Part shown: positions 50,741 to 62,502 of the stretch, in pieces
Numbering within the stretch: position 1 is the stretch's first letter
Layout: every line of letters begins with the position of its first letter
Source of the DNA: Mobula hypostoma
Taxonomy: Eukaryota
Length of the DNA stretch: 64,000 nucleotides
Assembly: GCF_963921235.1 (NCBI RefSeq)
Contig: NC_086097.1
Coordinates: 208,756,001-208,820,000, forward strand
Direction: 5' to 3'
Made by a program: the position numbers and the translations under genes
The notes under the pieces: generated by a model
What the model saw: only the letters and a program-made list of their open reading frames with translations
Database searches by the model: none
Told to the model about the DNA's origin: nothing

Positions 50741-52719
50741 ATGTATTTTAATGAATTAATTCTTATGGCTATTTCTCTCTAGATCGCTTCAGAAAACTAA
50801 TGGATGGAAATTTGACCCTATCTGTGTGTGAACATGAAACATAGTAGCCCATCTATTAAATTCATCTGTATTTGAGTTAATGGAATCTGTAGTGGAATAA
50901 GAATGTGAGTGTATTGTATGTACATTACCACATGACATTCGATAGATAGATGTCTGTACCTGCTACTGCCTGAGAACTGGCAACCTTTAGTGAAAGATAC
51001 TTGGTTGATAGCTCTGTCTTGCTACTTGCCTTTGTGAAGAGTGACAAGAAATTTCCTCACAAACTTGGGACTTTCCTACTTGAGAGCTTACCAGTCCATT
51101 AATCAGATGTAAGTTATGAGACAACAGTGTTCTCTAATTAAAATAATGGCGAGGGCAGTCAGAAGATGTAAAAGATACGTTGGCAAGCACGACAAGTTCA
51201 GGGGGTCTCAGATATTTTCCCTGTACATAAGACGAGTGGATTTGGTTCTGAGACCAAACAATATCATGAGGTTCTAGGAGACAATGCAACCATGTGTAAA
51301 AAGTGGAAAGTGATATTGTCACTGGTCATTTGGCTACAGACACACAAGATGTTGACAAGTTTATCAGTGCAAACAGCTAGCATCCCTGTGATGATATTAC
51401 ATAAAAAACAACAGCTTGACGTAAGTCCTTCCAAGATTTTCAAGGATTACAAGTTTGGCTTGTGAAAACATGGACTATGAAAAGTATATATCCAGGCTAA
51501 AGAGTCTGGCAAAAAGACATTTTGCTTGTGCTTTGATTGATGGCTGTTATGGCGGATAGGCAGAATGCATTTCACAATAGAGATAATTGGGATCCAAGAG
51601 CATGAGGTAGCTTCTTTGTCTGCAATACTAGAGAGTGGCAGGGGAGAACCCTTCTGTCAAAATGACTTGACAGGTGGGAAAGAATGCTTTGTTCTGGTTG
51701 GATATGAATGCAGATGGGCCCATCAATCCAGGATGCTGCCAGTACATTGGATAGTCTGTGCCACAGACCTGTAGAATGATGGTGACTAGAAAGCTACAGT
51801 TAAGATAAATAGATTTTCATGAAGATGGTGACTGACACAGATGTTTGTTTCCAGAATGCAATACACATGAGAATGGTTCAGTGTGGTGTAACTGTGTACT
51901 GGTAAATTGCAGTAAAGTTCAGTGAGTGTGTTCCAAGAAGATCTTGGGATGGTGGGGGTTTATTGAAGATGTTCTTCACAGTACAAGGACATGGTGCAGG
52001 AACTGTGAACTATGGTAGTCAATTAGATGAGATAGCCAGTACAAGGGAGTTTAAGCTATAGACTGGATGGAAACTGACAGTGTTGGAATAACATTCTTGG
52101 GTGTGCAGAATCTTTCTGCATAGCACATATATTGATTTAATAGCTCATACAGTGCCTCATTCACTGTCTGTGTGATGACTTTTGCACAAGTCAACATTCA
52201 TAAATATATAGGATGCAGCCCAATCTATTATTGGCTGAGGTTGTTCCCTGCACCCTTTATCTACAATTAGGAGTGGATTGACGCATTAGAGAAAAATGAG
52301 GCAGTAGCTGGGGGCCAACCTTTTTTAGTGGGGAGCTGGAGTAAGAAAAACTATGCAATTATGTGGGGGGCCAGACTAGACCTATCAATATTGAGCAGCA
52401 TTCCCTATATGCATTTAAAATACATTCACAGAGACAGCTTAATCACACTTGAATGTGGATTTAAAGAAATGGAGCAAATTGACCATCTCTAAGCATAACA
52501 GCTGTACATGTTGTTTTTTGGGTTAAATCTGCCTCTCAGATTTTTCAGTCTGTAGTGAAAAAAAAGTAGTGAATCCCAGGATGATCCTGCAATGAGTATG
52601 TTATCCTTGTTGCTGTGGAGACCAAGCTGAAGCATGGAAAGTGCTGAAGAATGTGTTTGGCAGGTTATACCTCCACAGTTTACTACTAAAATGGAATAAA
52701 TATGTACTAATACACAAAA

Positions 52720-53345
52720 ACATAAGACAAATAGTTTCAGGAGTAGGTCACCAGAGTTGCCCTACCATTCAATATGATCAAGGATGATCTATGCTAGCCA
52801 CAACTCTTTTTCCGTACCATTTCTTCATTATCTTCAATTCAATCCTTCAGATATTTATCCATCTTTGACTTATTCATAATCTTTGACTTCTCGTTAAAGT
52901 AACAGAAGTTGGTTAATAGCATAGTTTAATATCTGATAAGGTTTTTATTTCTTTTTTTTTCCCAAACAGCTTCGGCTGTGGTAGTAGGTGTAGATCTTTT
53001 TTTAAAAAGTTGTTTATATTCAAATACACAAATTAATCTAATCTATATAAATATAGAGTAAGGAGTTTGTTAATGGGTTTAATATACACTATCTGGTATT
53101 ATTATATTTTTTCTTTTGTTTTATAATATGTATTCTCTTGGACTCTGTATTCTTCTATATAGAAATCAATAAAGGTATTGAAAAATAAAAGATACTTATC
53201 CGTCTTTATCTTAGCTACATCTATTGATCTGGCCTTCACCACTCACTGGAGCTGAGAATTCCAGAGAGAAGAAATGCCTACACAGCTCAGTTTCAGCTGA
53301 CAGTTTTAAATGCATATAGCCTTGCTCACCATTCCACCAACTATT
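52720..53345 (-). mobile_element. Old CR1 3' fragment split by an L1-like insertion
   Basis: aaacataagac tail, taccattcaatatgatca and gagaattccagaga motifs. Confidence 0.55.
52867..53189 (+). mobile_element. 5'-truncated L1-like 3' UTR insertion with long TSD
   Basis: TSD agatatttatccatcttt / agatacttatccgtcttt (52849-66, 53190-207); AATAAA then an A-rich tail; T-rich body. Confidence 0.65.
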
Positions 53346-53549
53346 TGAGATTCAGAATTGAAAGAGTGGGCAGGTATCTGTCCGAGCAAAGGTGGCATCC
53401 GTATTCAATGTTAGAGAATCTTACTAAATGTTACTCCTTAGGAGCTGCAGTATTGCTTGAATTATTACAACAAGTCTTGGTAATGAGGGGCAACAAAGTG
53501 TATAAACTATGTAGAACAAAGCTTGGTGATGAATTTCTCCTTGTCCAAA

Positions 53550-53715
53550 TGACAGTCATAGAGCACAGAAACAGGCCCTTTGGCCCATCTGTCTGTGCTG
53601 AACCATTTACATTGCCCACTCCCATCAACCTGCATCCAGACCATAGCCCTCCATACCACTGGCATCCATGTACCTATCCAAAACTCTCTTAAGCATTGAA
53701 ATCGAGCTACTAGGT
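53550..53715 (-). mobile_element. CR1 3'-end fragment
   Basis: gagcacagaaacaggccctttggccca and catgtacctatccaaac, like the ends at 4870 and 9240. Confidence 0.6.
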
Positions 53716-53789
53716 AACCCATGATACTTAAATTAAGGGTTGGATACGCAGTCAACTTTTATTTTGTGCAATGAAGACATGAATAGTTG

Positions 53790-54195
53790 CACAAACACGA
53801 GGAAATCTGCAGATGCTGGAAATTCAAGCAACACACATAGAAATTGCTGGTGAACGCAGCAGGCCAAGCAGCATCTCTAGGAAGAGGTACAGTCGACGTT
53901 TTGGGCCGAGACCCTTCGTCAGAACTAACTGAAAGAAGAGCTAGTAAGAGATTCGAAAGTGCGAGGGGGAGGGGGAGATCCGAAATGATAGGAGAAGATA
54001 GGAGGGGGAAGGGATGGAGCCAAGAGCTGGAAAGTTGATTGGCAAAAGGGATATGAGAGGATCATGGGATGGATGGGAGGCCTAGGGAGAAAGAAAGGAG
54101 GAGGGGGGAAGCCCAGAGGATCAGCAAGGAGTATAGTCGGAGGGACAGAGGGAGAAAAAGGAGAGAGAGAGAGAAAAAAATATATAATAATAAAA
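53790..54195 (-). mobile_element. Penelope-like terminal repeat with a near-intact minimal hammerhead
   Basis: cacaaacacgaggaaatctgcagatgctggaaat end, purine-rich tract, hammerhead-like motif at 53891-53926. Confidence 0.75.
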
Positions 54196-54464
54196 AATTG
54201 CATATGCTTCTCCATACCGTCATCGCCAGCAAGAAAAATAGAGCATAGATTAAAAAGGGACTTGGGCTCCATTTTGAGGGTTACTCACTTTCTGGAGTTT
54301 CTTGTTCATGAACACCTGGCAGGTGCTTCACTCTCATCACAGCCCGTAAACTGTTGAAGGTATTTTTGAGTCAAAACTGGTGAAGGCAGTACTGTAGCAT
54401 TTGCTGTTTTGTTGTCTCATCTGTACTGTCTGTTGAAGAACGCTAGTTACAAATCTCCTGTCAT

Positions 54465-56078
54465 GGCAACATTATACAGACGAGATAAGTCTTTTACGCC
54501 TGATACAATGTCGCCAATACTGAGCCCCTGAGGAGAGTCACTGAGGCGACCAGTAGCTTGGTCATCTCTGAGGCCAAAGTACGCAGGTGTTTCCAACCAG
54601 TGGACAGTTGCAAGGCTGTGGGACCGGACGGCATCCCAGGGCGGGTACTCAGGATGTGCACAGCACAACTGGCAGATGTGTTTACAGCCCATCTTAATCT
54701 CTCCCTCTCCCAGTGTTGAATGCCCTCCTGTTTCAAAACATCTACCAGTACCTAAAAAGACCAAGGTAACATGTCTGAACGACTGGCGTCCTGTCGCACT
54801 CACCTCAATAATAAGCAAATGCATTGAGAGGCTGGTCAAGGATTACATCTGCAGCTTGCTACCACCCACACTGGACCCCTACAATTTACCTACCGACACA
54901 AGCGATCGACAGATGATGCAATAGCCACAGCTCTACACACCATCCTTACACATCCGGAGAAGAAGGATGCTTATGTGAGAATACTGTTCTTGGTCTACAG
55001 TTCAGCATTCAATACCATAATTCCCTCCAGGGTCAACAAGCTTAAAGACTTCAGCCTTCATCCTGCCTTATGTAGCTGGATCCTGGACTTCCTGTCAGAT
55101 TGCCGGCAATGGTAAGATGGGCTCCCTCACCTCCATTCCTCTGATTCTTAACACAGATACCCCTCAGGGCTGTGTACTAAGCTGCTTCCTTTACTCTCTG
55201 TACACTCATGACTGTGTCGCCAACCACAGCTTCAATCTGCTAATTAAATTTGCTGACAACACTACACTGATTGGCCTAATCTCAAATAATAATGAGGTAG
55301 CCTACAGAGAAGAATTCACCACCTTGACACAGTGGTGTCAAGAAAACAATCTTTCCCTCAATGTCGCAAAAACAAAGGAGCTGGTTGAGGACTACAGGAG
55401 GAATGGATACAGGCTAACCCCTATTGACAGCAATGGATCTGGGGTTGAGAGGTGAACAGCTTTAAGTTCCTCAGCATAAACATCACCGAGGCTCTCACGT
55501 GGTCTGTACATACTGGCTGTGTGGTGAAAAAGACACAACAGCACCTCTTTCACCTCAGACAGTTGAAGAAGTTTGGTATGGGCCCCCAAACCCTAAAAAC
55601 TTTCTATAGGGACATGATTGAGAGCATCCTGACTGGCTGCATCACTGCCTGGTATGGGAACTGTACTTCCCTCAATCGCAGGACACTGCAGAGAGTGGTG
55701 TGGACAGCCCAGCGCATCTGTAGATATGAACTTCCCACTATTCAAGACATTTACAAGGACAGATCCAAAGGATCAGTGGGGACCCAAGTCACTCCAACCA
55801 CAAACTGTTACAGCTGCTACCATCCGGGAAACGGTACCGCAGCATAAAAGCCAGGACCAACAGGCTCTGAGACAGCTTCTTCCACCAGACCATCAGACTG
55901 CTTAATTCATACTGACACAACTGTATTTTTATGCTATATTGACTGTTCTGTCATACATACTATTTATTATAAATTAGTATAAATCGCACATTGCACATTT
56001 AGACAGAGACATAACGTAAGGATTTTTACTCCTCGTGTGTGAAGGACATAAGAAATAAAGTCAATTCAATTCAACTCA
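54465..56078 (+). mobile_element. Rex1/Babar-type LINE family B, RT to 3' end
   Basis: [40 protein letters not shown] and KFADNTT; (ATTCA)n tail. Confidence 0.9.
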
Positions 56079-57529
56079 GGCGAGAACTGATTAAAAACTA
56101 GATGCCTTTTTTGATGATTTGGTTAGAACTAAAGAAAAATCATCAAGCTCTTTCAAATATCCTTTTACCTGTACGGATGTTGCTATAAAGTAAGTAAACA
56201 TCTTGTTCAGGGAGAATGAATTAGAGCTGGAAATGAGTGAGATCAGATGCAAGAGAAGGTGGTATCAACAGTCAATGAGTGAAGGGAAACTGAAGAAAGG
56301 TCACAGGTGTTAGCCACAATGATTTTAAAAGCAAACGTAAAGTGGTTGGAAATGGTACTGTTTGTATCCCTACTGAATGGATTATGGAAGCTTTGAAGTC
56401 TATTTTAGTGGCACTTGTTCTCTTGAGGAACTTGTTTCCAATAATAAATACATAGTTCAGTTTGCCAAGTTCCTTTACTCAAATAAAATCCAAAATATTT
56501 TGAACTCCCAAAATTGTCTTCTGTGTAACGGAAAGGGTGAACATTCACTGAAGAAAATAATGAAGAAGTAGTTTTTGGACAGAGTCCAAGTGGCCCATAA
56601 GTCATTGGCCAATATTATTCATGTTTATGTATAGGGCCAACACACAATCGAGGATAGAATTTTCTCTGTCTGAGATGTTGATGGATCATTGATTGTGAAA
56701 TGATTGTGAATGGTGCAGCCCAACATGGAAGGACAGGTGGAGAATAAAGAAAGCAAGAGCTGGTGGTGCAGGACACAATATTTGGGAGATAGTTCCATGT
56801 GAGAGATACTGTGAGAGTATTCTGACCAATAGGAATTGGAGGGATGTCAAGAAGCAACTCCAGTGAGTTTGGGAACAATATGGCATAGATGGGTGATAGG
56901 GCTCAAGTGTTCATAATAATCATTTGGTTCCAACAAACAGTACACAAGAGGGTGGCGAATGTGACGTGTAGGATGAGCCCAGGCTTACTTATAGGATTGG
57001 TTCTATGTTGGGCAAGACATGGTTCAGGATTACCAGAAACCCAAATAAAATAGGTTACATTGAATTTGCTGCAAAAGATAATCCATTATTTCCTCCATCT
57101 CTTTGTTCTAGTTTCCCTCTCTCCCTCAAACTCAATGCTGTTTCTTGAATTTACTTTTCTCATCCCAAGCATATAAGCCCCTTGTCCTTTCCCCAATGAA
57201 CAGATTGCTCTCTCCTCCTAACTTGGGTTTCAATTCTTCCAATCCCCAGACCAGTTACATGTCACTAATTGATCCCTCCAAAATGCAAACACGAGTATCT
57301 GTAAAGGTACAGATTTCATGGTGCTGCTGGCACACGTGGATGATACAAATTCTGTTCATGGAGGTTTCTAGGTAAATAGGGACAATGGTGTGTATATGGT
57401 ATAAATACTAACAATGATATCAGAGTGTAGACTATAATTTAAGAGCAAAGAGCAGAAAACAAAATTTTTTTAATGACTACTATAGCAGAAGAAAGCCATC
57501 TTTAATCAGAATCAGAATCGGGTTTTTTG

Positions 57530-58270
57530 TAAGACCATAAGATTATAATATATAAGAACAGAGTTAGTCCATTTGTCCCATTGAGTCTGCTCCACCATTT
57601 CATCATGGCTGATCTAATTTCCCTCTCAGGGCCAATTTCCTGCCTTCTCCCCATATCCCTTCATGCCCTCACTAATCAAGAATCTATCAACCTCTGCCTT
57701 AAATACATGGAAAGCCTTGATCTCCTAGCTCCCTGTGGCAAAGAATACCACAGATTCACCAGCCTCCCCCATCACCTCCATTCTAAAAGGACACCCCTCT
57801 ATTCTGAGGCTGTGTCCACTGGTCTTAGACTCTCAACCATAGGAAACATCCTCTCCAAATCCACTCTACTGAGGCCTTTCAACATTCTATAATTTTCAAT
57901 GAGATTCCCTGCTCATTCTTCTGAATTCCAATGAAATGAATGGTAACATCACATTTGCCTTCCTCACCACTGACTCAACCTGCAAGTTAACTTTTAGGGA
58001 ATCCTGCGCACAAGGACTCCCAAGTTCTTTTGCACCTCAGATTTTTGAATTTTCTTTACCCTTTTATTCCTTCTACCAAAGTGCATGACCAGACAGTCCC
58101 TGACACTGTATTCCATCTGTTACTTCTTTGCCCATTCTCCACATCTGCCTCAGACCTTCTGTAGCCTCTCTACTTCCTCAAAACTACCTGCCCCTCCACC
58201 TGTCCTCATATGATCCACAGACTTTACAACAAAGTCATCAATTAAGTCATCCAAATCATTGATATATGAC
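57530..58270 (-). mobile_element. CR1 3' part inserted into a short (ATTCTG)n-tailed element (57505-57529 plus 58271-58440)
   Basis: taagaccataag tail; antisense YINDLDDLIDDFVVKSVD; the flanks rejoin as aatcagaatcgggttttt|tgtcactgacatacgttgtgaaatttgtt. Confidence 0.75.
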
Positions 58271-59349
58271 GTGTCACTGACATACGTTGTGAAATTTGTT
58301 GTTTTGTGGCAGTGGTACAATGCAAGACACAAAAAATTACTAAACATTACTAAACAAGCAAATAAGTAGATAGATACATAGGTAAATGAATAAACATTGA
58401 GAAAGTCAGAGCTCAAGGAACATTCCAAAATGTAATAGTAGAGGGGAAGACTAAAGTAGCTGCTCATTCTACCCACATTTGCACTCTATGTCCTATTGAA
58501 GTCAATGGGAACACAAGTTTATGGGCAAAATTGCTGTTGTTATGATTGGCGATCCCACCAATATTAAACAAAGGAATATAAAACAAAGAGATACTCATAA
58601 TCTTGTGTAAAAAAAACTATTTATTGTCATTGAATGTTTTTGGTCATTCCAGATCTAACAGAAGGCACAGCAGAATCAGGGTAAATGCTGATAGATACAC
58701 TTTTCCCAACAGTAAGATCAGCCTGGGACAAACGATGCCTATTAGTGAATCACAATGAAAAATACCAATGCAGGCTATTAGATGGGATGGGTATTCTGAA
58801 AGGATGAAATTAAATGGCTTTATGGGTCATTTTCAGGTTAAATCTCTTTCTGCAATTAACAAATGTAAAAGAGAAAACAATCAGTAACAGAGGTGAAAGA
58901 AAGGTACTGATACATGAATAGGAAATCACAAAGGAACTTCCACAATTGTAAGAGAATTCATTGGAGTATACATTTCCTTTAACATGCTATTTGTAAAGCG
59001 TTACATCTATTGTTACATATAAGTGAATGGGTAAGCTTAGTGACGAGCCTTAAAGGCTACAATAATTGTAAAATATGAACTAAACCTCTGGCCTAGATTG
59101 TTCTAGGTTTAAATCTACAAAAGTAGTCAAGTGTGATACAATGGGTGATACTTTCAATGGTTACAAGGAAATAGTTGACAGTTCTGCAGGGAACAATTTT
59201 GCTCAAATAAAAAAATTGACAATTTAAAAAACAGATGAAAACTTCTGGCAAAGCTTAAAAGCACCAGGAGATTCTACCTTTGCCTTAAAAGGAGAATATT
59301 TCAATGCACATTGTTGGAAGTTCCCATTTGCCTCAGAGTTCTATCATAT

Positions 59350-59612
59350 TTACTTACTTAAGCCCATCACCCCTACCGGGACATTGGCCGCAACAGCAGC
59401 TCACTGAGTCCTCTGTTCTGGGCCAGTCTTTCAAGTTGTCCTCAGGTGTAGCCCATCTTCTTGGCATCAGTTTAGATCCTTTCTGTCCCAAGGATGACTT
59501 GTTTGCAGCTTCTGTTATGTTTCTGTAGCTCTAGGCTTTTACAGGATGGGTTTGCTAGCTCCATATCCATATCTCCTACTTTCATTGCCAGGCTTGGGGC
59601 CATCCATGGCCA
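59350..59612 (-). mobile_element. Possible RTE-derived short element
   Basis: (AAGT)n-type tail on the minus strand (tacttacttaag) and ttttacaggatgggtttgctagc, which resembles RTE 5' regions; family assignment is tentative. Confidence 0.35.
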
Positions 59613-59773
59613 ATCTAGTGTTCTAACATGTCTTTTTCAATTTTGGGACATCTCAAATCACTCTACAGTTAATATTCAAGAAGGAAAGTCTAATCCACTC
59701 CTTCCTTCCTTCTTAACCCTTTTCCAGTCTTTGGCAGTATTGATTATACCAACCCCATCTGATCTGCTGGTCC

Positions 59774-60907
59774 TGTCATGGTCCAGTCCGTGAAGTCCTC
59801 ATTCCGGTTCACGGTCCGGTCCATGGATTCAGGACTCCGGGTCTTCCAGCTGTCCCTTGTTTGGTTAAGTTAATCATAAGCACCTGATTCCCATCTTTGG
59901 GCTTGGAATATAAGTAGCCTTGGGGTTGTGTGTGGGCTGCTGGTTTGTCTTGTCAAGTTCCTTTTGGGGGGTATTCTGTTGATGGAAGGCTGGTGAAACC
60001 ATTTGTGATCTCTAGTCCTGGTTGGAGGACCACTGCTCTATGGAGCCTTGTTGCCACTCATTGGAGTGGTCTTTGTGGTATGGATTTGGCTGTTTCCTGG
60101 GCCAGCTGAGTGACTGTCAGCCACTCTAAGCTAGGTAGGGATCTGGCTGTTTCTGGAGCCAGTGGAGATTATTGGCAGTAACTGTGACTTGGAGCAACCC
60201 TGAAGCAGAGATGGAACTGCCTGTTGTTCTTTAGTGTTTCTCTCCTTGTCCTTGCCTCTGTGGGGTAAGTCAGGCTGTTTTGCTGTTGCCCTGTGGGGGG
60301 GGATATGTCTTTGCCTCTTGGTAAGTCTGGCAGTTCTGCTATTACCCAACAGATGGACTTGTTCTATATTGGTGTAGAGAGGTTGAGACCTGGCTTGTCT
60401 AGTACAAGTTTTGGCTCTATGTCTATGTACTGTCCTGTCTCATGTTGGTGGTGTGTTAATGATGAGTCCTGGCTCTATGTTTGATGTTCAGTTCCCAGTT
60501 AGTCTCAGCTCCAGCCTCTGAGTTATTAGCCTCTGCATTTCAAGATGAAGATCCTGCAGCCAGGCTCTAAGCACCCAAGCCTCAGCGATCCTGCAGCTAG
60601 GCTCAGGCCTCTAGACCCCAGCCACATCCTTTCCTGAAGCCATATCATGTCCTTGCCTGGTTCTAGGGTCTGAGCCTGAGGCAAGACCCAGGTTCCGGGT
60701 CCTTGTTTTGTCTTGGGCTTGGAGTTGAAGCCTTGTCTCCTAGTCCATCGTTTCTAGTCCTGGTCCTGCTTTCCCTAGCCCAAGTCTGTGTTCTCGTCCC
60801 TGCTTCTGGTTTGAATCCTGTTATGTCCCTACTCTAGTCAAGTCCTGTTCCTTGTGCTTCAGTGTCTGTCTTGTATTTGGGTCTGTTCCCTGCACCTCAT
60901 TGTGATA
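59774..60907 (+). mobile_element. Gypsy-type solo LTR (1134 bp)
   Basis: TGTCA...TGATA ends flanked by a perfect 5-bp TSD ggtcc (59769-73, 60908-12); TATAA at 59909-13; no coding sequence. Confidence 0.8.
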
Positions 60908-61364
60908 GGTCCCTTTGTATCCATCTACTTTTACACCACAAGTGACTGGCTTCCAAACCTCTGGTTATCTCTGATTGCAAGGATTTATTATTTTTTTTCC
61001 CTACCCATTACTCATTTACAGTATTTGCTGCTTATCAGCATCATCCAAGATTTAGCTCAGTTACCCCTCTTGACCCTCTCTACATTGTCTGAGATCCACA
61101 AATATATTATCTTAAACTTTTTCCAATTAAAATATTAGGCTAGAATTTTTCTAGGAAATGCTGAGTTTCACCCCAAGTTGGCAACTTCAGTTTCCATTCT
61201 ACCAGCTTGCTCCATTAAAGTCAGGGAATTCAGAAATCCTTTGAATTTGAAAGTGGTATGCTTACTGGATGAGCTCAGCACTGATTTGGCAGCACTGTCC
61301 TTATATTGTGGTCCATATAGAGTCCTGCAGTGGAGCCATTGTCCAGCAGTTACACTGGATACAC

Positions 61365-61720
61365 AAGAACACAATAGGAGCAGGAGTCAACCACCAGGCC
61401 CCTCCATTCAATATGATCAAGGTCTACCCATGATAGCCTCAACTCTGCTTTTGTGCCAGTTCCCCATAACTCCCAATTCTTCAATCATAAAAATATTTAT
61501 CTACTTCCACCTTAAATACATCAAATAATGTGGCCTCCATCACCCTGTTCAGAGAATTTCAGACTAACTATCCTTCCAAGAGAAGAAATATTTCTGCACT
61601 GCAGTTTTAAACAACTGGCTCTTAAACCTCCTTATTTGTAACTCTCCCACTGGTGATAACTTCCCAAATTCTAGCCTGTCAAGTCCCTTTAGGATGTTGT
61701 ATGTTAAAATAAGATCACCT
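61365..61720 (-). mobile_element. Old CR1 3' fragment
   Basis: cacaagaacacaataggagcaggag tail; tctagcctgtcaagtccctttagg and aataagatcacc. Confidence 0.6.
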
Positions 61721-62125
61721 GTCACCAGAGGTAGCTGTAGAGGTTTGGAAAGAAACCGGTGTGGTTCCTGACTGAGTGGACAGATAAGAAAAGAATCAGT
61801 AGGTCAGATAGAGGTGGTATGGCCAATAGCACCAAATACTGGAAAAGGGTTAAAAGGGAAGGGGAGGATTCAATTTTCCATCTTGAAACAACCCAGAGCC
61901 TGGCGTACCCACATTAACCTCAGCACACCAGCGCCTATCAGATTTTGAAGAGAAAGAATGGCTTTATTTCTACTACCTAGTTCAATATTTATTCCTCAAA
62001 TGGAATCACAAACAGATATTCTTGTCATTATCATGTAATAGTGGAGGTTACTGAGTGCGAAATAGCGATCCTGCTTCTTAGATGCAGCAGTGGTGACACT
62101 TCAAATGTATTTCTTTACCAGCAAG

Positions 62126-62502
62126 TGTCATGCAAAGCAGGTTTGGCAAATTGCGCTTGTGAATATGCACATGTCAGCTAATTATTATTTCACTATGGTG
62201 GTACTTAACTCCCTTCTTTTCGAGGCAGCTCTTGTCGAGACTTGAGGAAAGCCTGGCAATGTTACGATGCCTGAGAAAGTGGACTATCCAGTTGACTGAT
62301 GCTGAAGACCAGTGGTATTCATTTTATATTTAGATATTCCTTTCAGCCGCAGTGTTGGAGTCTAGGTTACCATCTGAGAGTTTTACTTAACGGCCCTGTT
62401 TGGCCAAGCATTTATTGTTTTCTTTTCCCTTAAAATCCTGTTTGCATTAAAGTCTGTGAACTGCCTCTCTCCACACTTGGGTCATATCCAAGCATACTGA
62501 CA
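62126..62502 (+). repeat. 5' LTR (377 bp), TGTCA...TGACA
   Basis: TATA-like tacttaa at 62202-08; attaaa at about 62446; PBS 1 nt after the LTR end. Confidence 0.7.

Noticed and set aside
51250..52140. Possible ancient LINE remnant or coding exons
   Set aside because: Too degenerate to assign by eye; no convincing protein motif or splice-site pair.
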